A stretch of 64,000 bases of DNA from Vulcanimicrobiota bacterium. Lineage in GTDB: Bacteria > Vulcanimicrobiota > Vulcanimicrobiia > Vulcanimicrobiales > Vulcanimicrobiaceae. This document shows, piece after piece, positions 9,659 through 18,455 of this stretch (the stretch's first letter is position 1; the number at the start of each line of letters is the position of its first letter). A model generated the notes under the pieces. The model searched no databases. It was given only the letters and a program-made list of their open reading frames with translations, and was not told the origin of the DNA. The DNA lies in assembly GCA_963695225.1 (NCBI GenBank), contig OY968762.1, forward strand, positions 1,344,001 to 1,408,000, given 5' to 3'. The position numbers and the translations under genes were made by a program.

Positions 9659-10860
9659 GCGGAGTGTGCCCCGCCCGCCGTTGCCAGCACGCGAACGTCG
9701 GGCTTCCAATCGTACGGAAACTCGTCGTAGGTCGAATTGCGCCGGACGGGCAGGTACCCCGCCTCCTCGATGAGGCGCCGGAACTCGCGGTCGTCGACGT
9801 ACTGCCCGGATTGCGTCCCCGCGCTGTGGTAGATCCGTTCCTCGTCCGTCGAACCGTGCGTGCCGTCCATGTCGTCGGCCCCGAAGTGCAGCGCGACTTG
9901 GCAGACCTTGAGCCCCTGGATCATCCAGTACGCCTTGACGTGATCGAAGTTGTGCAGCATCAGGCGCGCCGTCGCGAACATGCGGATGTCGTCGAGGCCG
10001 CTCGTCCAGCCGCAATCGCTCATCGCGTTGCCGTCGGGGTGGAACGCAAGGGGGATGAACGCGTTGTAACCGGGAGAGCGCTCCTGCGATTCGCGCAGCG
10101 CGATGAAGTGGTCGATCCGCTCCTCGTGCGTCTCGATCGTGCCGTAGAGCATCGTCGCGTTCGAGGCGATTCCGTGCCGGTGCGCGATCTCGTGAATCTC
10201 GAGCCACTCGGCCGCGCCGACCTTGTTCGCGCACGTCTCCTTGCGGAAGCGCTCGCTGAAGACTTCCGCGCCCCCGCCGTTGATGTTGTCAAGCCCCGCT
10301 GCGCGCAATTGGAGGATCAGGTCCTCGTAGGAGAGCCGGTGGCGGCGCGCCATGTAATCGATCTCGGCCGCCGTGAACAGCGAGAGCTGGACGTGCGGCG
10401 CGCGCTCCTTGAAGCGGCGCATCAAGGGGAGCCAGTAATCGAGCGAGAGCTGGCGCGGATCGTGCCCGCCGACGATGTGCATCTGGTTGAAGTTGTCGCC
10501 GGTCGCGAAGGCCTGCTCCAGCACCTCGTCCGCCGACATCCGGACCTTCCGCTCGTCCTTCTCGGTGACGTCGAACGAGCAGAACTTGCAGTTCGCGTAG
10601 CAGACGTTCGTCGAGTTGATGTAACGGTTGAGGACGTAGAAGACCTTGTTCCCGCTCTTGCGCTCCTTGGCGGCTTTGGCAAGGCGCCCCAGCGTATGGA
10701 GATCGTGCGTCCCCAACAACGCGAGGCCGTCCTCTTTCGAAAGCGGGATCCCTTCGTCGATCTTGTGCTCGATCGTCCGGAGCGCCGGATCGGCTGCGAA
10801 TGGCACGCGTGTAACTTCCTCTGCCGGAACGGCGGCTGGCGGCGGGCTCGTGGGCATCAT
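9655..10860 (-). CDS. mqnE: Aminofutalosine synthase MqnE (radical SAM); true start may be GTG 10806
   Basis: NSTNVCYANCKFCSF, HIVGGHDP, GGGAEVF, SNATMLYG, FIPLAFHP, HVKAYW, FGADDMDGT. Confidence 0.88.
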   Translation of the reverse strand: MMPTSPPPAAVPAEEVTRVPFAADPALRTIEHKIDEGIPLSKEDGLALLGTHDLHTLGRLAKAAKERKSGNKVFYVLNRYINSTNVCYANCKFCSFDVTEKDERKVRMSADEVLEQAFATGDNFNQMHIVGGHDPRQLSLDYWLPLMRRFKERAPHVQLSLFTAAEIDYMARRHRLSYEDLILQLRAAGLDNINGGGAEVFSERFRKETCANKVGAAEWLEIHEIAHRHGIASNATMLYGTIETHEERIDHFIALRESQERSPGYNAFIPLAFHPDGNAMSDCGWTSGLDDIRMFATARLMLHNFDHVKAYWMIQGLKVCQVALHFGADDMDGTHGSTDEERIYHSAGTQSGQYVDDREFRRLIEEAGYLPVRRNSTYDEFPYDWKPDVRVLATAGGAHSA

Positions 10861-10946
10861 TCTACCGCTGGTTTAGAGTACGGAACGGTTACGAACGTCA
10901 CAAGGACCGTGGTAGTAATCTGCCTCCCTCGCGAGAAGCAGGGCGT

Positions 10947-12740
10947 GTGATCACCGATTGGCTCATCCTCCGCCGTCTCGCGGCCGAATTGGAACCGTCG
11001 CTGCGCGGCGCGCGCGTCACCGGGGGCGGCCTCCTGGACGACGGCCGTTTCGCGCTCGAGCTCGGTCGCGCCTCGGGCCGCCGCGGCGGGAACCTGCTCG
11101 CGGTCGACGCGTTCGGACCGCTCCCCCTGGTCACGCTCGAGGACGGGGCGCCGCCCGCGAGAGCGGGCGGCTGGGCCGGCGCGATCGTCCGCAGCCTCGA
11201 AGGGCGCCGGATCGAACGCGTCCGGGCCCGCCGCGGGGACCGGTTGATCGCAATCGACTGCGCCTCCAACTCGCGGTTCGGCGTCTCGGATCGCGTCCGG
11301 CTCGTCCTCGAGCTCGTCCCACGCTTCGGGAACCTCGTCCTGCTCAAGGACGATACGGTGATCGCCGCCGCCAAGGAGTTCACCCGCGCGGAGAACGCCC
11401 GGCGCGCCACGCTCGTCGGCGAGACCTACGAACCGCCTCCGCTCCCGGCGGGCGGCGGCGACGACGCCGGGGTGGAAGCCGCGGCGGCGCCCCTCGCCGC
11501 CAGTCCGGGAAACGCCGGGGACGCGGGAAGCCCGCCCCGCGGCGAGGCGCGGAAAGCATTCGCCCGTGCGCTGCGCGCCGCAGTACCGCTCCTTCCCGCC
11601 CTCGTGGCGGATTCGCTCGCAGCCGAGGCGTCCGAAATCCCGGCGCGCGACGCGCGGGCTCTCGCGGCGTTAGCCCTAGCGCGCGCGCGCTCGATCGTTG
11701 CGGCGACGGAGGGCGAGCCCGACGGGCTCGGCGACGTCTTCGTGTACCGTGAGAACGGCGCCGTCCGCCAGTGCCACGTCGTCCCGCTCCGGCAGTTCGC
11801 GGCGCTCGAATGCGAGCGCGCCCCCGCGCTCCTGCCGGTCCTCTTCGCGACGGACCGGCAGGAACGCGGCAAGCGCCGCTCCGGGAGCGACGAGCGGACT
11901 CGCGGCGTGTTGCGCGCGCGGATGCGCAAGCGGCTGGACGCGCTCGCTTGCGAGCGGACCGAGCTCGAGCGTGAACGGGCCGACGCAGAAGGCCGCGAGC
12001 GGCTGCGCCGCTCCGGCGAGGCGCTCTACGCCCATCACGCCGAGATTCCGCCCGGGGCGCGGACGTTCGCCCCGCCGGAGGAGCCGGAGTTCGCGATCTC
12101 GCTCGATCCTGCGCTCGATGCGAAGGGAAACGCCGCGGCGTATTTCAAGCGCTACCGGAAGGCGGCCGCGAAGCTCGCGCACATCGCGACGCGGCTCGCG
12201 GCGCTGGAGGGCGACATCGCCGCCGCCGATCAGTTGGCTTGGGAGATCGATGCGGCCGCCCCCGACGCGTTCGGCGAGTTGCGCGACGATCTGGATGCGC
12301 TCGAACGGCGCCGCGGAAAACGCCGCGAGCGAGCGCGCGCGCTCGGTCCGCGCGTCGTGCGGCTCTCCGACGACGCGCGCCTGTTGATCGGCCGCTCCCC
12401 GCGGACGAACGCCGAGGTGACGTTTCGCACGGCCCGCCACGACGATCTCTGGTTCCACGCGCGCAACGTCCCGGGAGCGCACGTGATCCTCACGATCGAC
12501 GGGGCCCGCCGCGCCACCGAGGACGAATTGCGCAGCGCGGCCGAAGCGGCCGCGTTCTACAGCAAGGGGCGCGAACGCCCGAAGGTCGACGTCGATTACA
12601 CCGAGCGCAAGCACGTCCGCAAGCAGCGCCAAGCGGCGCCGGGGCTCGTGTGGTACACGGAGGCCAAGACGCTGCTCGTCACCCCGTTCGATCACGCGAG
12701 TTCCGCGCCCGCGCCTAACCGCCCGCCGTCTACCTCTTAG
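10947..12740 (+). CDS. rqcH: NFACT family ribosome quality-control protein (RqcH/FbpA)
   Basis: N-terminal DRLIAID, LVLELVPRFGNLVL; NAAAYFKRYRK coiled coil; NFACT-R IGRS, DLWFHARNVPGAHV, AAFYSK, VDYT. Confidence 0.9.
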   Translation: MITDWLILRRLAAELEPSLRGARVTGGGLLDDGRFALELGRASGRRGGNLLAVDAFGPLPLVTLEDGAPPARAGGWAGAIVRSLEGRRIERVRARRGDRLIAIDCASNSRFGVSDRVRLVLELVPRFGNLVLLKDDTVIAAAKEFTRAENARRATLVGETYEPPPLPAGGGDDAGVEAAAAPLAASPGNAGDAGSPPRGEARKAFARALRAAVPLLPALVADSLAAEASEIPARDARALAALALARARSIVAATEGEPDGLGDVFVYRENGAVRQCHVVPLRQFAALECERAPALLPVLFATDRQERGKRRSGSDERTRGVLRARMRKRLDALACERTELERERADAEGRERLRRSGEALYAHHAEIPPGARTFAPPEEPEFAISLDPALDAKGNAAAYFKRYRKAAAKLAHIATRLAALEGDIAAADQLAWEIDAAAPDAFGELRDDLDALERRRGKRRERARALGPRVVRLSDDARLLIGRSPRTNAEVTFRTARHDDLWFHARNVPGAHVILTIDGARRATEDELRSAAEAAAFYSKGRERPKVDVDYTERKHVRKQRQAAPGLVWYTEAKTLLVTPFDHASSAPAPNRPPSTS

Positions 12741-12773
12741 TACGAACGCGGCGCACGGCCGCGGCGACCGAAC

Positions 12774-13565
12774 TCATTGCGACCGCGCTCGAGGTCCCGC
12801 GAACGTCACGCCCGGCCGGGATAACGTGACGAACGCTGCGAGGGTCGTCTCGCGATCGATCCGGTAACGGGGCAATTCGAACGGGCGCGCGAGCGAGGCG
12901 ACGTCGCCATGGCGTTCGGTGAGCGCGGCCTTGAACCCGAACCTCCGGAGAAGTTCGATCGCCGCCGCGTCGTACTTGCCGGCGGCGTAGGCATACGTGC
13001 GCGGTGCGCCGAGATAGCGGGTGAGTGCCGCCGCGCAGTGGCCGATCTCGTACGTCTTTTGGGCGCGGGATAAGGTCGTCAGGTCGAGATGCCGGCTCCC
13101 GTGGCAGCCGATCTCCATGCCCGCATCGCGCATCGCGCGCAACTCGCGCCACGAGGCGTGGCGCGGCGTACCGATGAGATCGGCACTCACGTAGAAGGAC
13201 GCTCGGGCGCCGTACTTCGTCAACAAGGGCGTCACCACGGTGGCCGCATCCTCGTAACCGTCATCGAACGAAAGGACGACGGCGTCGCGCGGACGTTCGC
13301 CGCGCTCGAGCGCTCCGACCAGACCCGCAGCCGTCATCGTACGCACGTTGTGAGCCCGAAACCACGCGAGCGACGCTTCGAACTTTGCCGGATCGAGCGT
13401 GAGGCTTCGCCCCACCGCACTCGCCGGGACGATCGGGTCGACCCGGTGGAGCATCAAGATCGGAACGCCGCCCCATCGCTCTTCGGCGTGCCCTTGCACG
13501 GCGGCGAACGCAACGAACGCGACGAACGCAAAGACGGCCGGCGTCAGGCGAACGAGCGCCTTCAT
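12774..13565 (-). CDS. Secreted polysaccharide deacetylase (CE4, PgaB/IcaB-like)
   Basis: Signal peptide, VPILMLHRV, LSFDDGY, EIGCHGSRH, YAYAAG, LPRYRI. Confidence 0.88.
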   Translation of the reverse strand: MKALVRLTPAVFAFVAFVAFAAVQGHAEERWGGVPILMLHRVDPIVPASAVGRSLTLDPAKFEASLAWFRAHNVRTMTAAGLVGALERGERPRDAVVLSFDDGYEDAATVVTPLLTKYGARASFYVSADLIGTPRHASWRELRAMRDAGMEIGCHGSRHLDLTTLSRAQKTYEIGHCAAALTRYLGAPRTYAYAAGKYDAAAIELLRRFGFKAALTERHGDVASLARPFELPRYRIDRETTLAAFVTLSRPGVTFAGPRARSQ

Positions 13566-15595
13566 CGGCTACTGCCTGCGAGGGTGACGGCCGGATAGCG
13601 CATGCGGATGACCCCATTTGTCCGGAGCGGCGCTTGCCCCAAGCGAACGACGTAGAGCGAGGCGAGGTGGACCGGCGGGTTGAGATCGGGCGGCAGCGGG
13701 ACTACGAGCCGGCGCCACCCGGCCCAATCGACGCTCTTCGCAAGCGTGAGCGACTTGCGTTCTCCGAGCCGGTTCACGAATGCGGCCCGCAAACCCACGC
13801 CGCTTTCATCCCCGAAGGCTTCGAGCTCGAACGCAAGCGGTTCGCCGGGCAACACGAAGTCGCCCGTGGCGTACGCGGCACGCACCGCGCTCAGGTCGTA
13901 CGGCAGCTCCAGAACGTCCCCTTCACCGGCGTCCGCGGCCTCGAAGGAGAGCGCCCCCGCACCGCCTTTCGGCGCGGTCGCGAATTGCCACGTTCGGGAC
14001 GCGTCCGCCCGGAAGAACGGGAGAACCTGCACGTGGCGTCCGACGCGCACGTCCGCGCCGGCTTTGAGGCCGCCTGCGCTCGCGCCGACGACGCCGTCGG
14101 CGCTGCCCGCACGATAGACCGCCGCCGCGCCGCTGCCGGTCACCGCGCCGCCGGCGGCGGACCACTGCACCGCATCGAGCGCGACCGAGTTGCCGAGCGC
14201 ATCGTACGCGTGGACGCGCAGCGGAATCGACTCGCCCGGGTCCGGATTCGGACGCGACGGCTCGATCGAGAGCTTCGCGATCCGCTCGACCGTTTGGTAG
14301 CGGACGGTCGTCACAAGCGGTCCGTCGCGGAGCGTAACCGCATGCTCGCCGGGGAGCGGATCCGCGACGAGCGCGGGGAGTTGCACCTCACGCAGCAGGT
14401 GCCCCGCCGCATCGACGACGGCGCCGCGAAGGCCGATCGTCGCACCCCCCAGCGCGAGCGATTGCGCGGGCCGTGCGAACAGCTGCGGCTGCCCGCCGGC
14501 CGGCGCGTCGGAATAGACGAAGACGCCGTCGGCGACCGGCCGTTCGCGGCCGTCGCTGGGCACGTTCAACAAGCTCGCGCTTTCGTCGCCGAGGACGCGC
14601 GAGACCAGCGTCGCCGAACCGCCCGAGTCGAACGCCATCGCATCCACGGCGCCGAGGCCGAGCATCAGCGCGCCGAATTCCGGGCGCGTCAAACCGATCG
14701 ACTCTGCCGGTAGCCGGCCGTCGGCGGCCACGAGCAGCAGGGTCCCGTCCGCTGCGAGGCCGGCGCCGGAGACGGGGAAGCGGATGTCTCGCTCCTCGGG
14801 CGCCGGTGCATTGGGGTCGCTCACCGGCCGGGAGTTCACGACGAGGAGCGGCCCGCCGCCCGCGGCCTCGGCGATTCGGTCGAGCTCGGGTTCGAGCGTC
14901 ATGGTCATCTCGAGCGTCGCTCCCGCAGGCGGCGGGGTCGCGACCGCCGCTGCCGCGGGGCCGAACGCGAGCGACGCGGCGAATGGCGGTCCGCCCGGGC
15001 CGGCGAGGTCGGTCGCGCGATACTGCCCCGGCGCAGTCGGGACGATTCCGACCGTGCTTATCGACGGCTGCGGCACCGGTGCGCCGTAGGCCGGCGTCAT
15101 CAACGACGCGCCGCCTTGCGGGGGCCAGACGTTCACGCCGGTGAGGGGAACGTCGGCGCCGCCGTACCGCACGTCACCGTGGAACGCCGCGTTTGCGAAA
15201 TACACGCGCTTGTCCGTTCCGACGAACAGCGCGACCCGATTCGAGGGGCTGCGCACGAGTTGCCCGCCCTGCACGACGATGTTGAGCGGTTGATTCGTGT
15301 TTCCGATGTCGAAATAATCGGCGTTCACGCCCGCGACGGCGCCCGTTCGAACCGCCATCGAGGAGACGGTTTCACCGCTCGAAACGAGCCGGTCGTGCGC
15401 GAGGACGACGCCGAGCCGGACCGTCGGCTCGGTCGTGTCGACGGCGACGACGTGCACGCAGAGCGGCCCCGCGGAGGTCTGCAGGCGGATCTCCGCGCGC
15501 GAAACGCCCGGCGCGACGAACTCACGCGCGGCAGTCTGCGCGAGCACCGGCGGGAAGGGATCGGGCGGAGAAACGTTAGGCGGAAACGCGTACAT
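13562..15595 (-). CDS. Phosphodiester glycosidase family protein (NAGPA/DUF2233) with Ig-like and C-terminal carbohydrate-binding-like domains
   Basis: GAVAGVNADYF, GGGPLLV, ADGR..SIGLT, FDSGGSATL, NVPSDGRERPVADG; C-terminal VDWAGWRRLVVPLP; no signal peptide visible. Confidence 0.85.
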   Translation of the reverse strand: MYAFPPNVSPPDPFPPVLAQTAAREFVAPGVSRAEIRLQTSAGPLCVHVVAVDTTEPTVRLGVVLAHDRLVSSGETVSSMAVRTGAVAGVNADYFDIGNTNQPLNIVVQGGQLVRSPSNRVALFVGTDKRVYFANAAFHGDVRYGGADVPLTGVNVWPPQGGASLMTPAYGAPVPQPSISTVGIVPTAPGQYRATDLAGPGGPPFAASLAFGPAAAAVATPPPAGATLEMTMTLEPELDRIAEAAGGGPLLVVNSRPVSDPNAPAPEERDIRFPVSGAGLAADGTLLLVAADGRLPAESIGLTRPEFGALMLGLGAVDAMAFDSGGSATLVSRVLGDESASLLNVPSDGRERPVADGVFVYSDAPAGGQPQLFARPAQSLALGGATIGLRGAVVDAAGHLLREVQLPALVADPLPGEHAVTLRDGPLVTTVRYQTVERIAKLSIEPSRPNPDPGESIPLRVHAYDALGNSVALDAVQWSAAGGAVTGSGAAAVYRAGSADGVVGASAGGLKAGADVRVGRHVQVLPFFRADASRTWQFATAPKGGAGALSFEAADAGEGDVLELPYDLSAVRAAYATGDFVLPGEPLAFELEAFGDESGVGLRAAFVNRLGERKSLTLAKSVDWAGWRRLVVPLPPDLNPPVHLASLYVVRLGQAPLRTNGVIRMRYPAVTLAGSSR

Positions 15596-15598
15596 ACT

Positions 15599-17689
15599 CT
15601 AACGCGGTGAAGCCGGCGCAGGCGAGGGGGTCGCTTTCACGATCTCGTCCGGCGGGGCCGAGCTGTATACCAGCAGCGCGTCGGAGACGAAGCGCTCCGC
15701 GCTATCGTCCGACGGCGTGTTGCGAACGCGCGCGATGCGCTCACCCGCCGCGCGTGAAACGAGCGTCACCGAGCCGCCGGAATCGAGTGCCATCGCATCG
15801 CGGACGCCGTAGCTCCGGAGGAGCTCCGCGAACTCCGGACGCGTCATGCCCACGGCGCGCTCGGGGTGGCGCCCGTCCACTGCCGCAAGCAGCAGCAGGC
15901 CGTCCGCCGTCGAGCCCAGCGCAACGACCGGCCAGCGAACGTCCCGCTCGTCGGGTGCGGGTGCGTGCGGGTCTTCGTACCACGCGCCGTCCTTGAGCAG
16001 AATCGGGCCGCCGCCGATCCCGGCGACGGCCTCTTGGACGCTCGGAAGAAGCGTGTAATCGAGTTTGAAGCGGTCGCCGACCCGCGGGGCGAGCCCCGCC
16101 GCCAGCCGCCCGAAACCGATTCCGAACGAAACCTTCAGGCCGGCCGCGGCCGATTCGACAGCCGTCGCCCGAAACAGGTGCGCTGCAGGGTCGACCGGTT
16201 CGAGCCGCACGAACGTCGCCGCCGCGGCCGGCGGCAGTTCCACACCATAATCGGGGGTGATGACCGTGGCCTCCCCGGGCGGCCACGTGTTGATCTGCGT
16301 GACCGGATACGAACGGCCGCGCGTTTCGACGGAGCCGCTCAACCGGAACTCCGCAAACGTCACCTTGTTCGCGCGGTCGATCACGAGCGCGGCGCGGTCG
16401 GTCGGACCGCGCACGATCGCGCCGTCGCGCAGGAACAAGCCCTGCGGTTCGTACGAGCGTCCGATATCGAAGTAGTCGCCGTTAACGCCGGCGACCGCCC
16501 CGGTTCGCTGCGCCAGTTGCGACGTGCGTTCGCCCTTGGAGATCACGTGGTCGGAAGAGATCGCCGTGCCGAGTTTGATCGACGGCTCGCTCGGGTCGAC
16601 GGCAAGGAGCGAGATCACCCGCGGGCCGACCGGCGTACGCTCTCCATACTGAGCGAATGCGATGCCGGGCGCCGTCGTTTCGAGGTTTACGAACTGCAAG
16701 CCGGGCTGTGCGGCGACCATCGTGAAGAGCCGATCGAGCTCTTTCAGATGTCGCGTCCCGTCGCGCAGGCTCTGGGCTGGATCGCTGAAATCGTGAACTT
16801 CGCCGGCGAGCGAGAAGGGCACACCGTCGAGCGTGCCGTGCAGTCCCGTGCTGCCCAGCCGGTCGCCCCGAACCGCGAGCGGGCCGTTCACGTCCCGCAA
16901 GCGATGGGCGCCCGCCGCGCCCTCGACGCCGACGAGCGTGGCGTCGACTGCGAGCGTGCCGTCGTTCACGATCGTCACATCGCGCAGTTCGCCTGCGGAG
17001 AGCGCGATGGCGGACGACGGATAGAGCGCCGCGAGCGGCCCGACCGGAAGCGCCGCGGCGGACCAGACTTGGGACGCCGCGTTGCCGTGCCTTTTGGTCT
17101 TCGCCGCGAACGGATACGCGCGCTCCCCGGCGCCCAAATCGCCGCTCAGATCGTACGTGTTCGCGGCGGCGTCGAGTGCCAGAGTTCCGTTCAGATGCTT
17201 GAGGTGCAGCACGTCGCCGACCGGAACGGCCGCCGAAGCAACGTCGATGCTGCCGTCCACCACTCGCAGGCGTGCGTGCGAACCCGTGAGCCACGCGATC
17301 GCCGCGCCGGCCGGATTCGCCGCCGGCACGGGCGCGGCGAGCGCGACGGTCGCGCGCGGCGCGCGCATGACGATCTCCAGCGGTCCGCCGAGGCGCACGT
17401 CGATGCGCGGAACGTCCAACGCCGCGCCGCCGCCTTCGATGTGAAAGCGTTCGAGCGAGAAGAACCGCCCGCGCAGAAAGGCGGCGAGCCCTCCGCGAAC
17501 GTCGCCGATCGAAACGCTCGCAGCGGTCGCTCGCGCGACGAACGCCTGCACGAGCGTGCGTTCGACCGCGCTGCGGGACGCGAACAGGAGCAGCATGCCG
17601 GCGCACGCGGCGACGACGATCGAAAGCCGGAAGCCGTCGACGCGGAAAACGGCCCTGCGCGCAGAATCCGGGTTACCCTCGATGATCAC
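15599..17689 (-). CDS. Membrane-anchored phosphodiester glycosidase (NAGPA family) with AsmA/TamB-like N-terminal region; start uncertain (GTG 17689 or ATG 17596)
   Basis: GAVAGVNGDYF, GGGPILL, VDGR..AVGMT, LDSGGSVTL, NTPSDDSAERFVSDAL; N-terminal TM followed by an amphipathic beta-rich region. Confidence 0.8.
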   Translation of the reverse strand: MIIEGNPDSARRAVFRVDGFRLSIVVAACAGMLLLFASRSAVERTLVQAFVARATAASVSIGDVRGGLAAFLRGRFFSLERFHIEGGGAALDVPRIDVRLGGPLEIVMRAPRATVALAAPVPAANPAGAAIAWLTGSHARLRVVDGSIDVASAAVPVGDVLHLKHLNGTLALDAAANTYDLSGDLGAGERAYPFAAKTKRHGNAASQVWSAAALPVGPLAALYPSSAIALSAGELRDVTIVNDGTLAVDATLVGVEGAAGAHRLRDVNGPLAVRGDRLGSTGLHGTLDGVPFSLAGEVHDFSDPAQSLRDGTRHLKELDRLFTMVAAQPGLQFVNLETTAPGIAFAQYGERTPVGPRVISLLAVDPSEPSIKLGTAISSDHVISKGERTSQLAQRTGAVAGVNGDYFDIGRSYEPQGLFLRDGAIVRGPTDRAALVIDRANKVTFAEFRLSGSVETRGRSYPVTQINTWPPGEATVITPDYGVELPPAAAATFVRLEPVDPAAHLFRATAVESAAAGLKVSFGIGFGRLAAGLAPRVGDRFKLDYTLLPSVQEAVAGIGGGPILLKDGAWYEDPHAPAPDERDVRWPVVALGSTADGLLLLAAVDGRHPERAVGMTRPEFAELLRSYGVRDAMALDSGGSVTLVSRAAGERIARVRNTPSDDSAERFVSDALLVYSSAPPDEIVKATPSPAPASPR

Positions 17690-18455
17690 GCGGATAATCG
17701 CCTCGCTGTCGCTCGGTTTGCTATTGGCGGCCTCGCCGGCCGTCGCCGGCGCCCAGGAACTACCGAAAATTGCCGCCGCGGGACGCACGCCCCACGTGGC
17801 GGTGCTCGTCTGGCACGACGTCGTGGCCGGCCCGAAGGAGGTTTGGTTCGACACGACGCTCGATACCTTCCGCACCCAACTCGAGGCCATCCGGCGCGGC
17901 GGCTACCACGTCATCGGCTTGCGGGCACTGCGCTCGCATCTCGAACGAGGCACGCCCGTGCCGGCGCGGTCCCTCGTGCTCACGTTCGACGACAACGGGC
18001 ACGGGATTTACGAAAACGCATTCCCGCTATTGAAGAAACTTTCTTTCCCCGCAACGCTCTTCGTGCACACGAATTTTGTCGGAAAGACGACGTCGAAGCG
18101 GCACAACACGTGGTCTCAGCTCGCGGAGATGGAGCGGAGCGGGCTGGTCGAAATTCAGAGCCTCACCGCGAATCATCCGCCCGATCTTCGAGCGCTCTCC
18201 GACGCCGAGGTGCTGCACGAGTTCGCGCTCGCGCAGCGCTCGATCCAAGCGCGGATCGGCCGGCGCCCCTACGCCGTCGTGTATCCCGAAGACAACTACG
18301 ATGAGCGGCTCGCGCTGCTCGCCGCACGGAGCGGCTACGATCTCGGCTTCACCGAGGATTGGGGGTTCGCCGGCGATTCGACCTCGCCGTTGCTCGTCCA
18401 CCGGTACTCGGTGCTCACGCGTTTCGATCAAGCCTTGGCCGACGTCGCGCGTTAG
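17682..18455 (+). CDS. Secreted polysaccharide deacetylase (CE4)
   Basis: Signal peptide MITRIIASLSLGLLLAASPAVAGA, VLVWHDV, LTFDDNG, EIQSLTANHP (first His of HxxxH replaced by Leu), VYPE. Confidence 0.85.
   Translation: MITRIIASLSLGLLLAASPAVAGAQELPKIAAAGRTPHVAVLVWHDVVAGPKEVWFDTTLDTFRTQLEAIRRGGYHVIGLRALRSHLERGTPVPARSLVLTFDDNGHGIYENAFPLLKKLSFPATLFVHTNFVGKTTSKRHNTWSQLAEMERSGLVEIQSLTANHPPDLRALSDAEVLHEFALAQRSIQARIGRRPYAVVYPEDNYDERLALLAARSGYDLGFTEDWGFAGDSTSPLLVHRYSVLTRFDQALADVAR

Noticed and set aside
10885..10905. Rex or CRP site upstream of mqnE (TTGTGACGTTCGTAAC)
   Set aside because: Only one half-site matches
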